A stretch of DNA of 64,000 nt from assembly GCA_052038195.1 (NCBI GenBank), contig JBQGBY010000039.1, positions 3,162-67,161 of the forward strand. The letters run 5' to 3'. A model generated the notes under the pieces. The model saw nothing but the letters and a program-made list of their open reading frames with translations. It was not told where the DNA came from and searched no databases. Position 1 is the first letter of the stretch. Every line of letters starts with the position of its first letter. Of the stretch, positions 63,281 through 64,000 are shown in pieces. This DNA comes from Micromonosporaceae bacterium. Lineage in GTDB: Bacteria; Actinomycetota; Actinomycetes; Mycobacteriales; Micromonosporaceae. Both the position numbers and the translations under genes were made by a program.

Positions 63281-63996
63281 GATGCTGAACTCAGCACGGC
63301 GAGGGCCTGCGCCACCGTGAACGCGCCCGCGTACAGGGCCTTGCCGGTGATGACGCCCTCGACGCCGACCGGCTCGAGCCCGGCGAGCGTCCGTAAGTCG
63401 TCCAATGTGGAGACTCCGCCCGAGGCGATGACCGGCGCCGGGGTGCGGGCACAGACGTCGCGCAGCAGCTCGACGTTGGGACCGCGCAGCGTGCCGTCCT
63501 TGAGGATGTCGGTCACGACGTACCGGGCGCAGCCGGCCTTGTCGAGGCGCTCCACGACCTCGTAGAGGTCACCACCGTCGCGGGTCCAGCCGCGTGCCGA
63601 CAGGGTCCGGCCGCGTACGTCCAGCCCGATCGCCACCCGGTCGCCGTACTCGCCCACGACCCGGTCGCACCATTGCGGATCCTCCAGGGCGGCCGTGCCG
63701 ATGTTCACCCGGGCGGCCCCCGTGGACAGCGCCGCCCGCAGCGAGGCGTCGTCCCGGATCCCGCCCGACAGCTCCACCTTCACGTCGAGGCGGTCGATAA
63801 CCGAGGCCAGCAGCGACGCGTTCGAACCCCGGCCGAACGCGGCATCCAGGTCGACCAGGTGGATCCACTCGGCCCCGTCGGCCTGCCAGGCCAGCGCCGC
63901 CTCCAGCGGGTCGCCGTACGACGTCTCCGAGCCGGCGGCGCCCTGGACCAGCCGGACGGCCTGGCCGTCGGCGACATCGACGGCCGGCAGCAGCAC
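63277..63996 (-). CDS. priA: Bifunctional HisA/TrpF isomerase (PriA type); the start may lie at or just beyond the window edge
   Basis: [18 protein letters not shown]...[10 protein letters not shown]...ELSGGIRD...[12 protein letters not shown] overlap with hisF. Confidence 0.9.
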   Translation of the reverse strand: MLLPAVDVADGQAVRLVQGAAGSETSYGDPLEAALAWQADGAEWIHLVDLDAAFGRGSNASLLASVIDRLDVKVELSGGIRDDASLRAALSTGAARVNIGTAALEDPQWCDRVVGEYGDRVAIGLDVRGRTLSARGWTRDGGDLYEVVERLDKAGCARYVVTDILKDGTLRGPNVELLRDVCARTPAPVIASGGVSTLDDLRTLAGLEPVGVEGVITGKALYAGAFTVAQALAVLSSAS

Positions 63997-64000
63997 GAGG

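Noticed and set aside
1-64000. Scan for rRNA, tRNA, tmRNA, intact transposase/integrase, prophage or toxin-antitoxin/defence genes
   Set aside because: No cloverleaf-like or rRNA-like segments were noticed in the intergenic regions. No DDE, serine or tyrosine recombinase catalytic regions were seen, only a possible tail fragment at 38870-39061. No recognisable defence-system proteins were found. A by-eye scan cannot exclude small RNAs.

Overview
High-GC (roughly 70-73% by eye) Actinomycetota chromosomal segment. Supporting traits are a PriA-type hisA, an AftD-like GT-C enzyme, a tailed HU, many GTG starts and ATGA/GTGA-coupled genes. The family cannot be fixed from sequence alone. About 60 credible protein genes fall into six blocks. 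(1) 1-5.2 kb: two sugar ABC permeases plus two GH13 glucosidases. (2) 6.3-13.3 kb, minus strand: a Liv-type ABC importer operon with an embedded acyl-CoA ligase. (3) 13.5-27.4 kb: stress, housekeeping and membrane genes (HU, MBL hydrolase, acylphosphatase, MFS, a PadR module, aldo/keto reductase, DUF-type proteins). (4) 27.8-38.6 kb and 44.6-49.3 kb: a split cell-envelope glycan locus with a flippase, polytopic GT-C-like protein, FkbM plus three class I methyltransferases, a 1411-aa AftD-like arabinofuranosyltransferase, acyltransferase-3, GT4, DUF2613-like and DUF3068-like proteins. (5) 38.6-44.6 kb: an islet bordered by gene remnants, carrying LuxR, CueP, CAP-domain and Tam genes. (6) 50-64 kb: a heterodimeric ABC exporter, otsA, a second acyl-CoA ligase, a MocR/YczE-like pair, and an ECF sigma plus beta-propeller pair next to hisF-priA. 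I saw no rRNA, tRNA, CRISPR array or intact mobile element. The most unusual content is non-genic or sub-genic. First, a dispersed GCTCGC/GCGAGC-rich intergenic repeat family sits at five or more loci, including a 3-copy tandem array and a copy enclosed by 17-bp inverted repeats. Second, a G-rich, G-quadruplex-capable 39-nt unit is tandemly duplicated at one gene start and embedded in frame in a methyltransferase. Third, there is a 27-nt x4 in-frame expansion inside an alpha-glucosidase. Fourth, an inverted hisF-derived fragment flanks the sigma/propeller pair. Fifth, the otsA leader carries a chain of mutually exclusive hairpins. All family names come from motif recognition by eye and need HMM/BLAST confirmation.
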